A DNA stretch of 64,000 nucleotides from Gemmatimonadota bacterium. GTDB taxonomy: Bacteria; Gemmatimonadota; Gemmatimonadetes; Longimicrobiales; Gaopeijiaceae. The stretch lies in contig JAXHMG010000003.1 of the NCBI GenBank assembly GCA_034521595.1, positions 2,656,001-2,720,000 of the forward strand, in the 5' to 3' direction. Positions 1-9,489 of this stretch are shown piece by piece (the stretch's first letter is position 1; the number at the start of each line of letters is the position of its first letter). Below the pieces are notes generated by a model. The model did not search any database. It had not been told where the DNA came from and saw only the letters and a list, made by a program, of their open reading frames with translations. A program made the position numbers and the translations under genes.

Positions 1-2
1 AC

Positions 3-1298
3 ACCGCGACGCGCCTCGCTGAATCGATCGCGCTGCTCTCCCGCGACACCGGACACGCCGTGGCGGGGCTCGGGGCGCCCTGGGCCCTCCCCGGCCGAGC
101 GCACGTTCTCGTCGGGACGCCCGCCGATGTGCTCGCCACGATCCGCGAGGACGGAATCTCGCTCGACGCGGTGCGTGCTCTCGTGCTCGACCAGGCACAG
201 GCCGTCGAGCGGCTCGGAGGCCTGGATTCGGTCGAGGAGATCCTCCAGTACCTACCCGAGGGCACGCAGCGCGTCCTCACCGCCCTGCCGGTGACGCCGG
301 CGGTCACCACCTTCGTGGAGCGCCACCTCAAGCGTGCGGTCACCATCCCGTCCGCGCATGACCCGTCGGGCACGCCGAGACGCGGCACCGTGCGATACCG
401 CGTCGTGAACGAGCCCGCGGATGAAGCACTCGCAGCCGTCACCGCCCAGCTCTTCGAGGACGGAGCCCGCCACGTCCTCGTCTTCTGTCGCAACGAAGAC
501 AGAGCCGCCGATGCTGGAGACCGGCTGACGTTGAGGGGCTTCGTGGCGGGAGCCCCCGGCGAGACCGACGTTCCCGTGTGGCTGGGCGTGGACGCGCTGG
601 AAGCGAGAGGGGCCATCGAAGGCGCGGACGGCGTCGTCGTGGTCAGCGCCGACGTGCCTGCGGACCCCGACACGCTCGACCGGCGACATGGGAGCACGGA
701 GGCAGGCGTCGTTCTCCCCCTGAGCCGCGAGGTGGGACACCTGCGGGACGTGGCGCGACGCACCGGTTACGAGCTCACGCCCTTCCCGGAGCCTGCCCAC
801 CGGGCGCCCGAGAGCGTACGCGAGTTGCACGAGACGTTGGAGGCCGCGTTGAGGTCCGAGGACATCGGGCCCTACCTCTTCGCGCTCTCTCCGCTCTTCG
901 AGCGTCATGACCCGGCTGAGATCGCCGCGGCAGCCGTCGCTCTGCTGCGAGGTGGAAAGGGGGGAGCATCAGCGACCGCCAAGCACGAGGCCGAGCCATC
1001 TCACTCCGCGACGCCCTCGTGGGCCAAGCTCTTCGTGAGCGTGGGCAGCCGTGACGGGTTGGTCCCCGGCGACCTGCTCGGCGCCGTCACGGGCGAGACG
1101 GGCGTGGCGGGCGACACGGTCGGCCGCATCGACATCAAAGAGAGCCACACCCTCCTCGAGGTCCACGACTCCGTGGCCGCCAGGGTGATCCAGGCGCTCA
1201 ACGGCATCACGATCCGCGGACGTTCCGTGCGTGCCGACTTCGACCGCCCTCGCCGGACCTCCGCCCCGGCCGGGCGACGGAAGGCTCCGCGAAGCTGA
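3..1298 (+). CDS. DeaD/CsdA-like DEAD-box-fold protein with C-terminal DbpA RNA-binding domain; helicase motifs degenerate; 5' end lies outside the window
   Basis: Frame open from base 3. VLVGTP, LVLDQAQ and VLVFCRNE align with DEAD-box motifs Ib, II and IV. C-terminal LFVSVGSRDGLVPGDLLGAVTGETG...GRIDI...ALNGITIRGR is a DbpA-type RRM. Confidence 0.8.
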   Translation, partial: TATRLAESIALLSRDTGHAVAGLGAPWALPGRAHVLVGTPADVLATIREDGISLDAVRALVLDQAQAVERLGGLDSVEEILQYLPEGTQRVLTALPVTPAVTTFVERHLKRAVTIPSAHDPSGTPRRGTVRYRVVNEPADEALAAVTAQLFEDGARHVLVFCRNEDRAADAGDRLTLRGFVAGAPGETDVPVWLGVDALEARGAIEGADGVVVVSADVPADPDTLDRRHGSTEAGVVLPLSREVGHLRDVARRTGYELTPFPEPAHRAPESVRELHETLEAALRSEDIGPYLFALSPLFERHDPAEIAAAAVALLRGGKGGASATAKHEAEPSHSATPSWAKLFVSVGSRDGLVPGDLLGAVTGETGVAGDTVGRIDIKESHTLLEVHDSVAARVIQALNGITIRGRSVRADFDRPRRTSAPAGRRKAPRS

Positions 1299-1331
1299 AG
1301 CTCGTTCCGTCCACACCGGTCCTCGAGCTAT

Positions 1332-1371
1332 GAAGAGAGGCCGCGTCGCCGTGGCGACGCGGCCTCTCTTC
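1332..1371. terminator. Perfect 19-bp inverted repeat, probable bidirectional terminator
   Basis: GAAGAGAGGCCGCGTCGCC-GT-GGCGACGCGGCCTCTCTTC, between the convergent helicase-like and HU genes. Confidence 0.8.
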
Positions 1372-1454
1372 GTTCCGCGATCCGTGTACGTCCTCTCCCT
1401 CCGCCGGAGATGCGTTCCGGCATCCCTACGGGGTCGGGACCGATCCGGGCGAGA

Positions 1455-1739
1455 CTACTGGATGGCGTCTTTCAGGCCCTTGCCGGCACGGAAGCCGGGA
1501 GTCTTGGTCGCCGCGATCTGGATGCTTTCACCCGTGCGGGGATTCCGCCCCATCCGTGCCTTGCGCTGCTTGGCCTCGAACGTGCCGAAGCCCGTGATCT
1601 GGACGCGCGTGCCATTCTTGAGCGCCTTGGAAATGACACCCTCGTCGGGTGAGAAGAGGGCATCCACGGCCCGCGCGGCGTCGGCCTTCGTCATGCCAGT
1701 GTCGTTGGCAAGTGCGTCCACGAGTTCGGACTTGTTCAT
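1455..1739 (-). CDS. hup: HU family DNA-binding protein
   Basis: MNKSELVDALA...VQITGFGTFE...RMGRNPRTGE...FRAGKGLKDAI. Confidence 0.97.
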   Translation of the reverse strand: MNKSELVDALANDTGMTKADAARAVDALFSPDEGVISKALKNGTRVQITGFGTFEAKQRKARMGRNPRTGESIQIAATKTPGFRAGKGLKDAIQ

Positions 1740-1892
1740 CTGGCAGCTCCTGTGACTGGGAATAGGAAGAGGTCGCGGCCGGAGCCGCCCTTCATTCGGA
1801 CCCTGGAGAGCGTGCTCCGGAGGAGTGGACGATCACTCGAAAAGCCGCATAAAATCAAGAGTTCCCGGGCCCGGTCAGTCTGAATACGACCA

Positions 1893-1921
1893 ACGGTAAG
1901 CCTCGCCTGTGGGACCGTCAA
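1893..1921 (-). promoter_or_regulatory. Putative sigma70 promoter of hup
   Basis: Minus strand TTGACG-N17-TACCGT, about 150 nt upstream of the HU start. Confidence 0.55.
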
Positions 1922-1999
1922 GGGAAGGATTCGCCGGACAGGCGCCGCAGCGCGCGCATTCCGCGGGGGGCTCGCTCCCGTTCGGAGCGCTCCGCGCAC

Positions 2000-2197
2000 C
2001 TACACGGCGGCTTTGTTGCTCGCCTTCTTGAACATGGAATAGACGAAGAATCCGAGTGCCGCGACGAGCGCGAGCTTCACGGTCAGAGCGACCAAGCCCA
2101 TCAAGAGGCCCAGCGCGGGGATGACCACCGCGGCGAGGAGCTTGAGCAGGATCAGGCCGGCGACACCGGCCGCCGTGAGCGTGGCGAACGTTTTCAT
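2000..2197 (-). CDS. Small membrane protein, 65 aa
   Basis: Two long hydrophobic segments and a basic C-terminus; GGAG RBS-like sequence upstream. Confidence 0.7.
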   Translation of the reverse strand: MKTFATLTAAGVAGLILLKLLAAVVIPALGLLMGLVALTVKLALVAALGFFVYSMFKKASNKAAV

Positions 2198-2316
2198 GGA
2201 AGACTCCGAAGTGAACGTGTGCAGAGGCGCTTCGGCATTCCCTACGGCCCCGGCGGTCGGCGGGTTTCGGAATCGGCGGGCAAGGGCACGGCACGGTCGT
2301 GGCGCACCCCGACCTC

Positions 2317-2532
2317 CTACTTGTAGCGGTAGGTCACCCGTCCGCGGGACAAGTCGTAGGGCGACATCTCCACCTTCACCCGGTCACCTTCGAGCACCCG
2401 GATGTAGTTCTGTCGCATCTTGCCCGACAGGTAGGCCAACACCTCGTGATCGTTCTCGAGCGTGACCCGGAAGGTCGCGTTAGGAAGCACTTCCGTGACC
2501 GTGCCCTCGATCTCAATTGCGTCTTTCGCCAC
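2317..2532 (-). CDS. infA: Translation initiation factor IF-1
   Basis: [23 protein letters not shown]...[36 protein letters not shown]. Confidence 0.98.
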   Translation of the reverse strand: MAKDAIEIEGTVTEVLPNATFRVTLENDHEVLAYLSGKMRQNYIRVLEGDRVKVEMSPYDLSRGRVTYRYK

Positions 2533-2574
2533 GCGTATCCGTAGCCTGCGTTAGAGTTTTTCTGGAGAAATCGA

Positions 2575-2603
2575 ACGCTACACAGGGCCCGGCTCCGGGG
2601 CAA
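2575..2603 (-). promoter_or_regulatory. Putative sigma70 promoter of infA
   Basis: Minus strand TTGCCC-N17-TAGCGT, just upstream of infA. Confidence 0.5.
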
Positions 2604-2623
2604 CGGCTCCGGACCGCGGACCG

Positions 2624-5008
2624 TCACATGCGGAATCGGTAGCTGAGCTTCACGAACAGCCCGTCCTGCGTCGGACGGAGGTCGCGGAAATCAAAGGCCA
2701 CGGGGTCCCGCATGTCCCGTGAGTAGCCGACGAAGAAGACGGTTCCCGGCGAAGGCTCGTACGATACCAGTCCTTCGACATGGAAGTCGTTCCGGTCCGA
2801 GCCCCCGCGGGCCGAACAGTCCCCGCCCGAACAGCCCAACAGACCTCGTCCGGACTCCGGGTCACGGAGCGCGCGCGACTCCTGCGCGGAATACTCGAAG
2901 ATGCCCCGAACGAACAGCGACCTGGAAAACTGGTACTGGGCACGGACGCGGGGGATCACGGCGGACGAGTGCTCCGATCCGTCCCGCTTCCGGACCAGCC
3001 GGGTCTGTCTCACGCCGAGCTCCGCCGTCAGGGACCGAGTCGGGAAGAGATTGACGCCGACCTCACTGGAATAGGAAGTCGCCGGCTCCACCGCGACGCC
3101 GAACGAACGGTCGAAGATCGGCGTATCTTCGACCGTGAAGCGCCAATTACCGCGCACCCGCTGCCATTTGTTCACCCACATGCCGACCGTCAGCCCGTCG
3201 AGTCCGTCGAAGTGCCCCTGGTCGGGTCGGAACGGCCGCACCGTCCCTGAAGCGTCCTCGACGAACAGGCCTTCGTACTCGGAAGGTTGAAAGGCGAACC
3301 GCCCGCGCGTGTAGTTCCCCCAGAACGTGACGTTGTCTCGGAATTGGAAGCGCCACCCGAGCTGGGCCCGGACCTCCTCGGCCTCCTCCCCCGCCCAGAA
3401 GCGGTCATGGTCCCAGAACGACCGCAGATTGAAGGACGGGTGGATGGACTGGAGAATCCCTCCGGAAGGGGCGTACCAATTATACGAGACCCGGCCCTCG
3501 AGCTTGGTGTCTCCCACGCGCCGGAAGAAACCGCTGCCCGCGCGGAAGTCCGGATCGGTATCGTGAAACTCACCGTTGAAGGAGAGCTCACGCCCCGAGC
3601 GCTCGACGCGTCCGAACAGGAAGCGCCCGTCCATGCGTTCCGTGGGGGCGGAAGGGTCGCGCGTGAAGCTCGCCGCCGACATGAGCGAAACCATGTACCT
3701 GGAGCCGAAGGCCAAACGAGCGTCAGCACCGGCCAGGCGGTTGTAGTCCGCCGAGCCCGCGGTGCGGTCGGTATATACGCCCCCGACCGTGGATCCCTCG
3801 CCGACGTCGGTCCTGACACGCAATAGATTCACGGCCGTGTTCCGCCCGGCGTCGTCAAAGCCCTCGTCGAGCGCACCCAGGTAACCCACGTTCGTGCCCC
3901 CGACCTTCCCCGTGAGCTTGGCCCCGGCGATCGGGTTGACCACCGAGCGGGTGTAGACCAGCCGGCGTGGCATGGAGAAGATCTCCGTCCCTTCGAGAAA
4001 GAACGGGCGCTTCTCGGGCAGGAAGATCGCGAACCGTTCGTTCACCGAGATCTGGCCGGCATCGGCTTCGACCTGGCTGAAATCCGGGTTGAACGTGGCG
4101 TCGAGCGTGAGGTTGGACGTGACTCCGTACGTGGCGTTGAGCCCGAAGGACGCGGTCGGATCCTCGTGCCGGAAGCCTTCCCCGCCCGGATCGAGCGTGC
4201 CCACCCGCGAGCCGGTGAGCACCGGGTTCACCTCCATGAACAATCCCGGATCGAGGCCCTGGAGTCCGGTAAGCTCACCATACTGGGAGAGTTGGTTCGC
4301 CACGTCCGAGCTCTGCGGCGCCCATGAGCTCATGAAGCCCGAGCGTTGGACTCTGCGGACCACTTGGATCCCCCAAGCCTGTTGCGCACGCTGAGGGAAG
4401 CGCAGGCTCTTGAACGGGATCCTGACCTCCACCTGGTACCCCTCACCAGTCACCCGGGCCTCGGAATCCCAGATGAAATCCTGATTCTCGTCGATGGGAG
4501 GTCCGAAGTTGCGTCGTCCCCCGCCACCACTTTCGCTCCACATGCCGTCGTGTTGCACACCATACGGGTTCACCGTGAACACGAACGCGCTGCGCTGATC
4601 GTCGTAGGTGTCGAGGAGGATACGGACCCAGTCGTCCGTGCGCTGAAAGCCGTCCCGCTCCGTCAGCGTCGCACGGATGTCCTCCGGCTGCGAATCCATC
4701 GCCCGGATACCGAGGTAAAGGGCCTCCTGGTCCACGAAGACCAGGACTTCGGTAGCCTGACTCGCGGAAACGCCTTCGTCGGGCTGGAACTGAGTGAAGC
4801 CGTGGAGCACGGCGGCTTGGCTCCAGGTCGGCTCGTCGAAACGTCCGTCGACCTCGATCGCGGCGCCGCTCACGGACGGCGTCTCGATGCGTGTCTCTCC
4901 GACCGAGCCGTCGTAATAGGCCGAGGCACCGGGGTCGGCCGTGTCGGCCGTGTCGGCCGGCAGAGCCAGGGCGGACACGAGAAGGGGCAGGAACGTGGTA
5001 TATATCAT
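2624..5008 (-). CDS. Exported DUF5916-type protein (N-terminal CBM9-like domain plus beta-barrel)
   Basis: Signal peptide; IEVDGRFDEPTW; NPDFSQVEADAGQI...FLPEKRPFFLEG; C-terminal FVKLSYRF barrel strand. Confidence 0.85.
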   Translation of the reverse strand: MIYTTFLPLLVSALALPADTADTADPGASAYYDGSVGETRIETPSVSGAAIEVDGRFDEPTWSQAAVLHGFTQFQPDEGVSASQATEVLVFVDQEALYLGIRAMDSQPEDIRATLTERDGFQRTDDWVRILLDTYDDQRSAFVFTVNPYGVQHDGMWSESGGGGRRNFGPPIDENQDFIWDSEARVTGEGYQVEVRIPFKSLRFPQRAQQAWGIQVVRRVQRSGFMSSWAPQSSDVANQLSQYGELTGLQGLDPGLFMEVNPVLTGSRVGTLDPGGEGFRHEDPTASFGLNATYGVTSNLTLDATFNPDFSQVEADAGQISVNERFAIFLPEKRPFFLEGTEIFSMPRRLVYTRSVVNPIAGAKLTGKVGGTNVGYLGALDEGFDDAGRNTAVNLLRVRTDVGEGSTVGGVYTDRTAGSADYNRLAGADARLAFGSRYMVSLMSAASFTRDPSAPTERMDGRFLFGRVERSGRELSFNGEFHDTDPDFRAGSGFFRRVGDTKLEGRVSYNWYAPSGGILQSIHPSFNLRSFWDHDRFWAGEEAEEVRAQLGWRFQFRDNVTFWGNYTRGRFAFQPSEYEGLFVEDASGTVRPFRPDQGHFDGLDGLTVGMWVNKWQRVRGNWRFTVEDTPIFDRSFGVAVEPATSYSSEVGVNLFPTRSLTAELGVRQTRLVRKRDGSEHSSAVIPRVRAQYQFSRSLFVRGIFEYSAQESRALRDPESGRGLLGCSGGDCSARGGSDRNDFHVEGLVSYEPSPGTVFFVGYSRDMRDPVAFDFRDLRPTQDGLFVKLSYRFRM

Positions 5009-5094
5009 CAGCGTGGGTGTGGGCTGCGAAACGTCTTACGAGAGCGCCTGTGCCGACGGAACACTCGCCGCACGAGCGGCCGTGCCCCATCGTG

Positions 5095-5361
5095 ATGGTG
5101 CGCAGATTAATAAAGACACTCGAACCACCCCAGCCGTTGAACTCTCCACCGACATCCCACGGCGGCTATTCGGAGGAGCACCGGAAGGCGATTCGGCGCT
5201 CCGTGCGCGGCGGAACCGACCCGACCTGCCCCATTTGCTCCGTGCCGATGGATCGCCGCCCCGTGCCACCGAGGCCGGACGTCTCCTACGTCCGGGATCG
5301 ACTGTGGCTGACGTGTCCCTCGTGCGGGCGGTCCCTGGTCGTGGATCTGCGGGGGCCCTGA
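5095..5361 (+). CDS. Small zinc-ribbon protein (CPIC...CPSC)
   Basis: Two CxxC motifs; fills the gap between DUF5916 and the PorV-like gene; start could instead be TTG 5137. Confidence 0.55.
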   Translation: MVRRLIKTLEPPQPLNSPPTSHGGYSEEHRKAIRRSVRGGTDPTCPICSVPMDRRPVPPRPDVSYVRDRLWLTCPSCGRSLVVDLRGP

Positions 5362-5440
5362 CCCGGCGGTGGCGCGCGACCCGGGCAGCTCCGAAGTTGG
5401 ACACTCGTCCCGCCTCCATCCTCTCGACTCACCGTTCACC

Positions 5441-6352
5441 ATGGTCCGCACCATCCCACTCGCGCTCACAGCGTTCTTCACCGTCGGCGTCGTGACTCCC
5501 CTCACGGCCCAGAGCGGCTACCCGGCGCTCGGACCCGATCTGCCCTCGTCGACGCGAGCGATGGCCCTCGGGGGCGCGTACGTGATGGACGCGGGGCGCG
5601 CCGACGCGGTGTTTCGGCATCCCGAGCTTCTCCGCGGTGCCGGGGACATGACACTCGACCTGCAGCGATGGGGAAGCGCGGCGAGCACGGCGTCGGTGTC
5701 CGCCGCCACTTCGTGGTTCGGAGGAGATCTGGGCGTGGGCGTGGGAGTCCAAACGGTCCAGCAAACCGGAAATCCCGGAAGCGACGTCGACGGCCCGTAC
5801 GCTCAAGACCCGATGTTCGTGCACGGCGGCATCGGCATCTCCGAGCGGGCCGCGGTGCTCGGCCTCTCGGCCGCGCTCGAAGAGGTGGACTGGGGCCTGT
5901 CGTTACGGCTGACCGAGGCGTTCGTGGGAGTCCCCGGCGTCGACCGGTACTCCGACCTGGAGCTGGGGTTCGGCGCGGCGCGGGAGGTCGGGCCCGTGAC
6001 CGTCGGCGCCGCGTACCACGACGTGCTGAGGAGCGTCTCCGAGCTCACGGTCGGAGTCGGCGGATACGGGTGGGAGCTGGGCTTCCTGGACGTCGGGCTG
6101 AGCGGTCGCCTGGACTACTACGATGCGGACATCCAGGTGGGCGGAGGTCTCGAGCTCGGGTACTGGCCGATTCGCGGGCGAACCTTCATCGCGCGAATCG
6201 GTGCGCAGACGACTCCCGATCCGACCGCAGCTCGTCCGTTCACCTTCGGTTTCGCCTATTGGGGTGACGCGTTGACCGTGGAATGGGCGTTCCAACCCTT
6301 CGACGGGATGCCCGAGAGCGGCACGCACCGCTTCTCCGTGGGCTGGCGTTAG
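5441..6352 (+). CDS. PorV/FadL-like outer-membrane beta-barrel
   Basis: Signal peptide; STRAMALGGAY and AVFRHPELL N-terminal motifs; C-terminal HRFSVGWR. Confidence 0.7.
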   Translation: MVRTIPLALTAFFTVGVVTPLTAQSGYPALGPDLPSSTRAMALGGAYVMDAGRADAVFRHPELLRGAGDMTLDLQRWGSAASTASVSAATSWFGGDLGVGVGVQTVQQTGNPGSDVDGPYAQDPMFVHGGIGISERAAVLGLSAALEEVDWGLSLRLTEAFVGVPGVDRYSDLELGFGAAREVGPVTVGAAYHDVLRSVSELTVGVGGYGWELGFLDVGLSGRLDYYDADIQVGGGLELGYWPIRGRTFIARIGAQTTPDPTAARPFTFGFAYWGDALTVEWAFQPFDGMPESGTHRFSVGWR

Positions 6353-6367
6353 CAGCCCACGGCCGGT

Positions 6368-8272
6368 TCACGGGCTTTCGACACGCGCCTCGAGAAAACC
6401 GGGATCGAGCTCACCGAGCCCGATCTGGTCGATGGCTAGCTCGCCGGCCGGGACGGCGTCGAACACGAACCGGACCTCCCGCAGGCGGGACACGTCGATG
6501 TCCGGCGATCGTGCCGCGAAATCGGACAGCGGAATCGCGTACGTCTGCTGAATGAGCTCCCAGTGCTCGCGGAATCGCTCGCGCTCCCGGTCCCGCCGCC
6601 GGAGCACATAGGTTTCCAGCGGCCTCCGGATCGCGCCATAGGCGCTCAAGGCCACCCGGGAGGACTGGCCGGCCGCGTCGACGATCTCGACCGTCACGTC
6701 GACAGCCGGCGGGTCTTCATCGACAGTGTCGGAGGGGGAGCCCTCCGACTCGTCTCCCGAGGGTGAAGGAACCTCGTGGGTCGGCGCGAGCATGAAGCTG
6801 AGCGCATGGTCCGCACCGACATTCCACCGCTCCACCACCTCGGCCGGTATCTCGACCACGTACCGTGCCGTGTCCGCCGGCGTGCCTTCCAGCCCGTCCG
6901 GTCCGTAGTTCCAACCGACCAGAACGGACTGGTTCTCCTGAGACGCCGAAGTGTTATTCCGGTTGCTCGACCGGAGCAGCAACATCGTTTCCTTCCACGA
7001 CGCGAGCCCCTCCCCCCGGATCCGCACACCCGGCTCCGTCCCGGTCGTGACGTCGATATCCTCCTCGAACGTGGCCAACGGACGAAAGGAGCTCGTCTCG
7101 AACCGCGTGACGTACATCGTCTCGGGGAGCCACTCGCCGACCGTCCGGTGATCCCGGAACATCGGCAGGTAGGAGCGATCGCCCGTGAGGACGACGTCGA
7201 GGAACGCGGAGATGTAGAGCTCGGCGACGCGTCGCTGGTCCTCCCCCGGGATGAGCGGACGCAAGTCGAGGATGCGGCCACTCCTCGGCCCGTTGTCGTG
7301 TGGGCCCCACACGGTGTTCCACTGCCCGTGGTTCGCACGGTAGACGTAGATGGCCGACTTCAACCTGAAGTGATCGGGGTCCGTGAAGCGAACCCGGTCG
7401 TAGAGCCGGACCCCGTGGAAGCTCGTCACGTCCCCGTCGTGCGACCCGTGAAAGGTGAGGTAGCTCACGTCTTCGACCACGACCCTCCGCCCGGTCGGGA
7501 GATACTGTCCGTCGACCGGAGCGATCGACACGATGCCTCCGATGTCGAAGCCGAAGTCGAACTCCAGCGTGGCGTCGTCGGGATAGTGGTCGAGGCGGTT
7601 GAAGGCGGCCGCGTTCGCGACGGCCTCACCGCCGCGCGAATGCCCGATCAAAGCGATTCGCTCCAGATCGACCTTGCCTTCGAAGGGATTTCCGTCCTCT
7701 TCGTGGAAGCCTTCGAAGAGCTCCAGATGCTTGAGCAGGAACCAACCGCGCGCGTCGTTCTCTTCACGGATGCTTCCGTTCAAGAAGTTCTCGTCGACGC
7801 TCGCGAGAATGTAGCCGCGGCTCGCCAGAAGCTCGCCCAGATAGCCGTAGCCGGGATCGGAATAGTCGCGCATGTCGTGATTCCCGTGCACCACGAGCAC
7901 CAGCGGGAACGGTCCCTCCCCGTCCGGATACCAGACCCGCGCGTTCAGGGGCATCTCCTCCGGTCCGAACCCCCAGTATTCGTTCCGCTCCTCCTCCGAC
8001 TCGCCGAGCTCGAGAAGCTTCGACGCATCGACCGACGGAGTGCGCATCGTGACTGAATCTCGGTACTCGGGGCGGTTCGCGTCCGTACCACTCCCGTAGT
8101 AGAGCGTGCGCACATCGTGTGGCCCCATGCGGCCCGGGTCGGGGGCATCGAGGACCTGGCGCGCGAGCACTTGTTCCGCGTCGCTCGGGGTGAGCTCGAG
8201 CGCGGGGGTGCACGACGCGGCGGCTGCGAGCGCCAGGGTGATCCCGGCGCGATGTCGTGTGATAGGTCTCAT
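6368..8272 (-). CDS. Alpha/beta-hydrolase lipoprotein (chlorophyllase/dienelactone hydrolase-like) with C-terminal beta domain
   Basis: Lipobox-like AAAASC; PLVLVVHGNH; nucleophile motif GHSRGG; ANHGQWN. Confidence 0.8.
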   Translation of the reverse strand: MRPITRHRAGITLALAAAASCTPALELTPSDAEQVLARQVLDAPDPGRMGPHDVRTLYYGSGTDANRPEYRDSVTMRTPSVDASKLLELGESEEERNEYWGFGPEEMPLNARVWYPDGEGPFPLVLVVHGNHDMRDYSDPGYGYLGELLASRGYILASVDENFLNGSIREENDARGWFLLKHLELFEGFHEEDGNPFEGKVDLERIALIGHSRGGEAVANAAAFNRLDHYPDDATLEFDFGFDIGGIVSIAPVDGQYLPTGRRVVVEDVSYLTFHGSHDGDVTSFHGVRLYDRVRFTDPDHFRLKSAIYVYRANHGQWNTVWGPHDNGPRSGRILDLRPLIPGEDQRRVAELYISAFLDVVLTGDRSYLPMFRDHRTVGEWLPETMYVTRFETSSFRPLATFEEDIDVTTGTEPGVRIRGEGLASWKETMLLLRSSNRNNTSASQENQSVLVGWNYGPDGLEGTPADTARYVVEIPAEVVERWNVGADHALSFMLAPTHEVPSPSGDESEGSPSDTVDEDPPAVDVTVEIVDAAGQSSRVALSAYGAIRRPLETYVLRRRDRERERFREHWELIQQTYAIPLSDFAARSPDIDVSRLREVRFVFDAVPAGELAIDQIGLGELDPGFLEARVESP

Positions 8273-8377
8273 TCGGCACAGGTTAGCGGGGTGTCGACGG
8301 ACGGGGCAAACTCCGGCGGGGTGCCGTGCCCTGGGGTCCGCGGTTACCGTTCGGCTCACCCCAACCAGGAGCTACGG

Positions 8378-8860
8378 ATGGCCAACCCCACGGTCACCTT
8401 CCAGACGACCCACGGCACCTTCGAAGCCGAGATATTCGAAGACCAGGCTCCCGCGACGGCAGGCAACTTCCTCGAGCTCGTTCGCGACGGCTTCTACGAC
8501 GGCGTGGTGTTTCACCGGATCATCGAGGGGTTCGTGATCCAGGGGGGCGATCCCACCGGAACGGGGCGTGGCGGTCCCGGCTACTCGATCGACGACGAGT
8601 TCGCTCCGGGTCTTTCGCACACGGGCGAAGGGATCCTGTCGATGGCGAACGCCGGGCCCAACACGGGTGGGTCACAGTTCTTCGTCACCCTCGCGGCGAC
8701 ACCGTGGCTCGACGGGAAGCACGCCATCTTCGGTCGCGTGACCGACGGAATGGACGTGGTGCGGGAGATCGGGGACGTCGATACCGGACCGGGCGACCGC
8801 CCCAAGGACGACGTGGTCATGGAGAAGGTTACGGCCACGGAGTCTTCCGCCAGGGGATAG
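8378..8860 (+). CDS. ppiA: Cyclophilin-type peptidyl-prolyl cis-trans isomerase
   Basis: FYDGVVFHRIIEGFVIQGGDPTGTG; LSMANAGPNTGGSQFF; WLDGKHAIFG; AGGAG RBS. Confidence 0.95.
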   Translation: MANPTVTFQTTHGTFEAEIFEDQAPATAGNFLELVRDGFYDGVVFHRIIEGFVIQGGDPTGTGRGGPGYSIDDEFAPGLSHTGEGILSMANAGPNTGGSQFFVTLAATPWLDGKHAIFGRVTDGMDVVREIGDVDTGPGDRPKDDVVMEKVTATESSARG

Positions 8861-8869
8861 CATCTCGCC

Positions 8870-9235
8870 TCACCGGGCGCCCGTGGCCCCACCTCGCGCC
8901 CGGCGGGGCTCGTCACCACCGCGCGCCCACTGCTCGAGGCGGCCGACCAGCGTGTCCGAGCCGGCCTTGCTCGAGCCGAAGAGCCCGTCCTCACCTCCGT
9001 CGGCCTCCATGCGTTCCGCGACTCCGTGCAGGTTCAGCCAAGCGTCGAAACGCTCGCTGATCCGGAGAACCGAGTAGAAGAGCCGGGGCCGTTTTCCCCG
9101 GCCCGCGACGAGATCGACGAGCATCGCGATGATCGAGACGTTGAAGACGATGACATCCTTCATGCCGTCGACGGCGAGCTTGAGCTGGAAGATCGCGAAG
9201 TCGCGGAAAGTGACGCCTCTGGATGCCACGTTCAT
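8870..9235 (-). CDS. Hypothetical protein, 121 aa
   Basis: Plausible composition and codon usage; fills the intergenic gap. Confidence 0.65.
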   Translation of the reverse strand: MNVASRGVTFRDFAIFQLKLAVDGMKDVIVFNVSIIAMLVDLVAGRGKRPRLFYSVLRISERFDAWLNLHGVAERMEADGGEDGLFGSSKAGSDTLVGRLEQWARGGDEPRRARGGATGAR

Positions 9236-9489
9236 GTCTCGATGCCTTCGGTTCTGTGGTTCGGGATGTCACGGTTCGGAACGCCGGCAGCGGGACCATT
9301 CCCGCGCTCACGCGGCCCTACGCGGTTCCCCCCACGGATGATTCACGGCGCCTCGGCCCGACCGTTGAACAACCGGTCCTCCCGACGTGTCATTCAAGCA
9401 GTGGGCGCCACCCGCATTCCAGGAACCTTACCTCGGGGGCGCCGTACGAAGAGATCCGCGGCCCTCGCCCCCACCGGAGCCCTTGGCCA

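Noticed and set aside
4934-4959. 9-bp tandem repeat (GTCGGCCGT)
   Set aside because: Encodes a low-complexity ADTADTAD linker after the signal peptide
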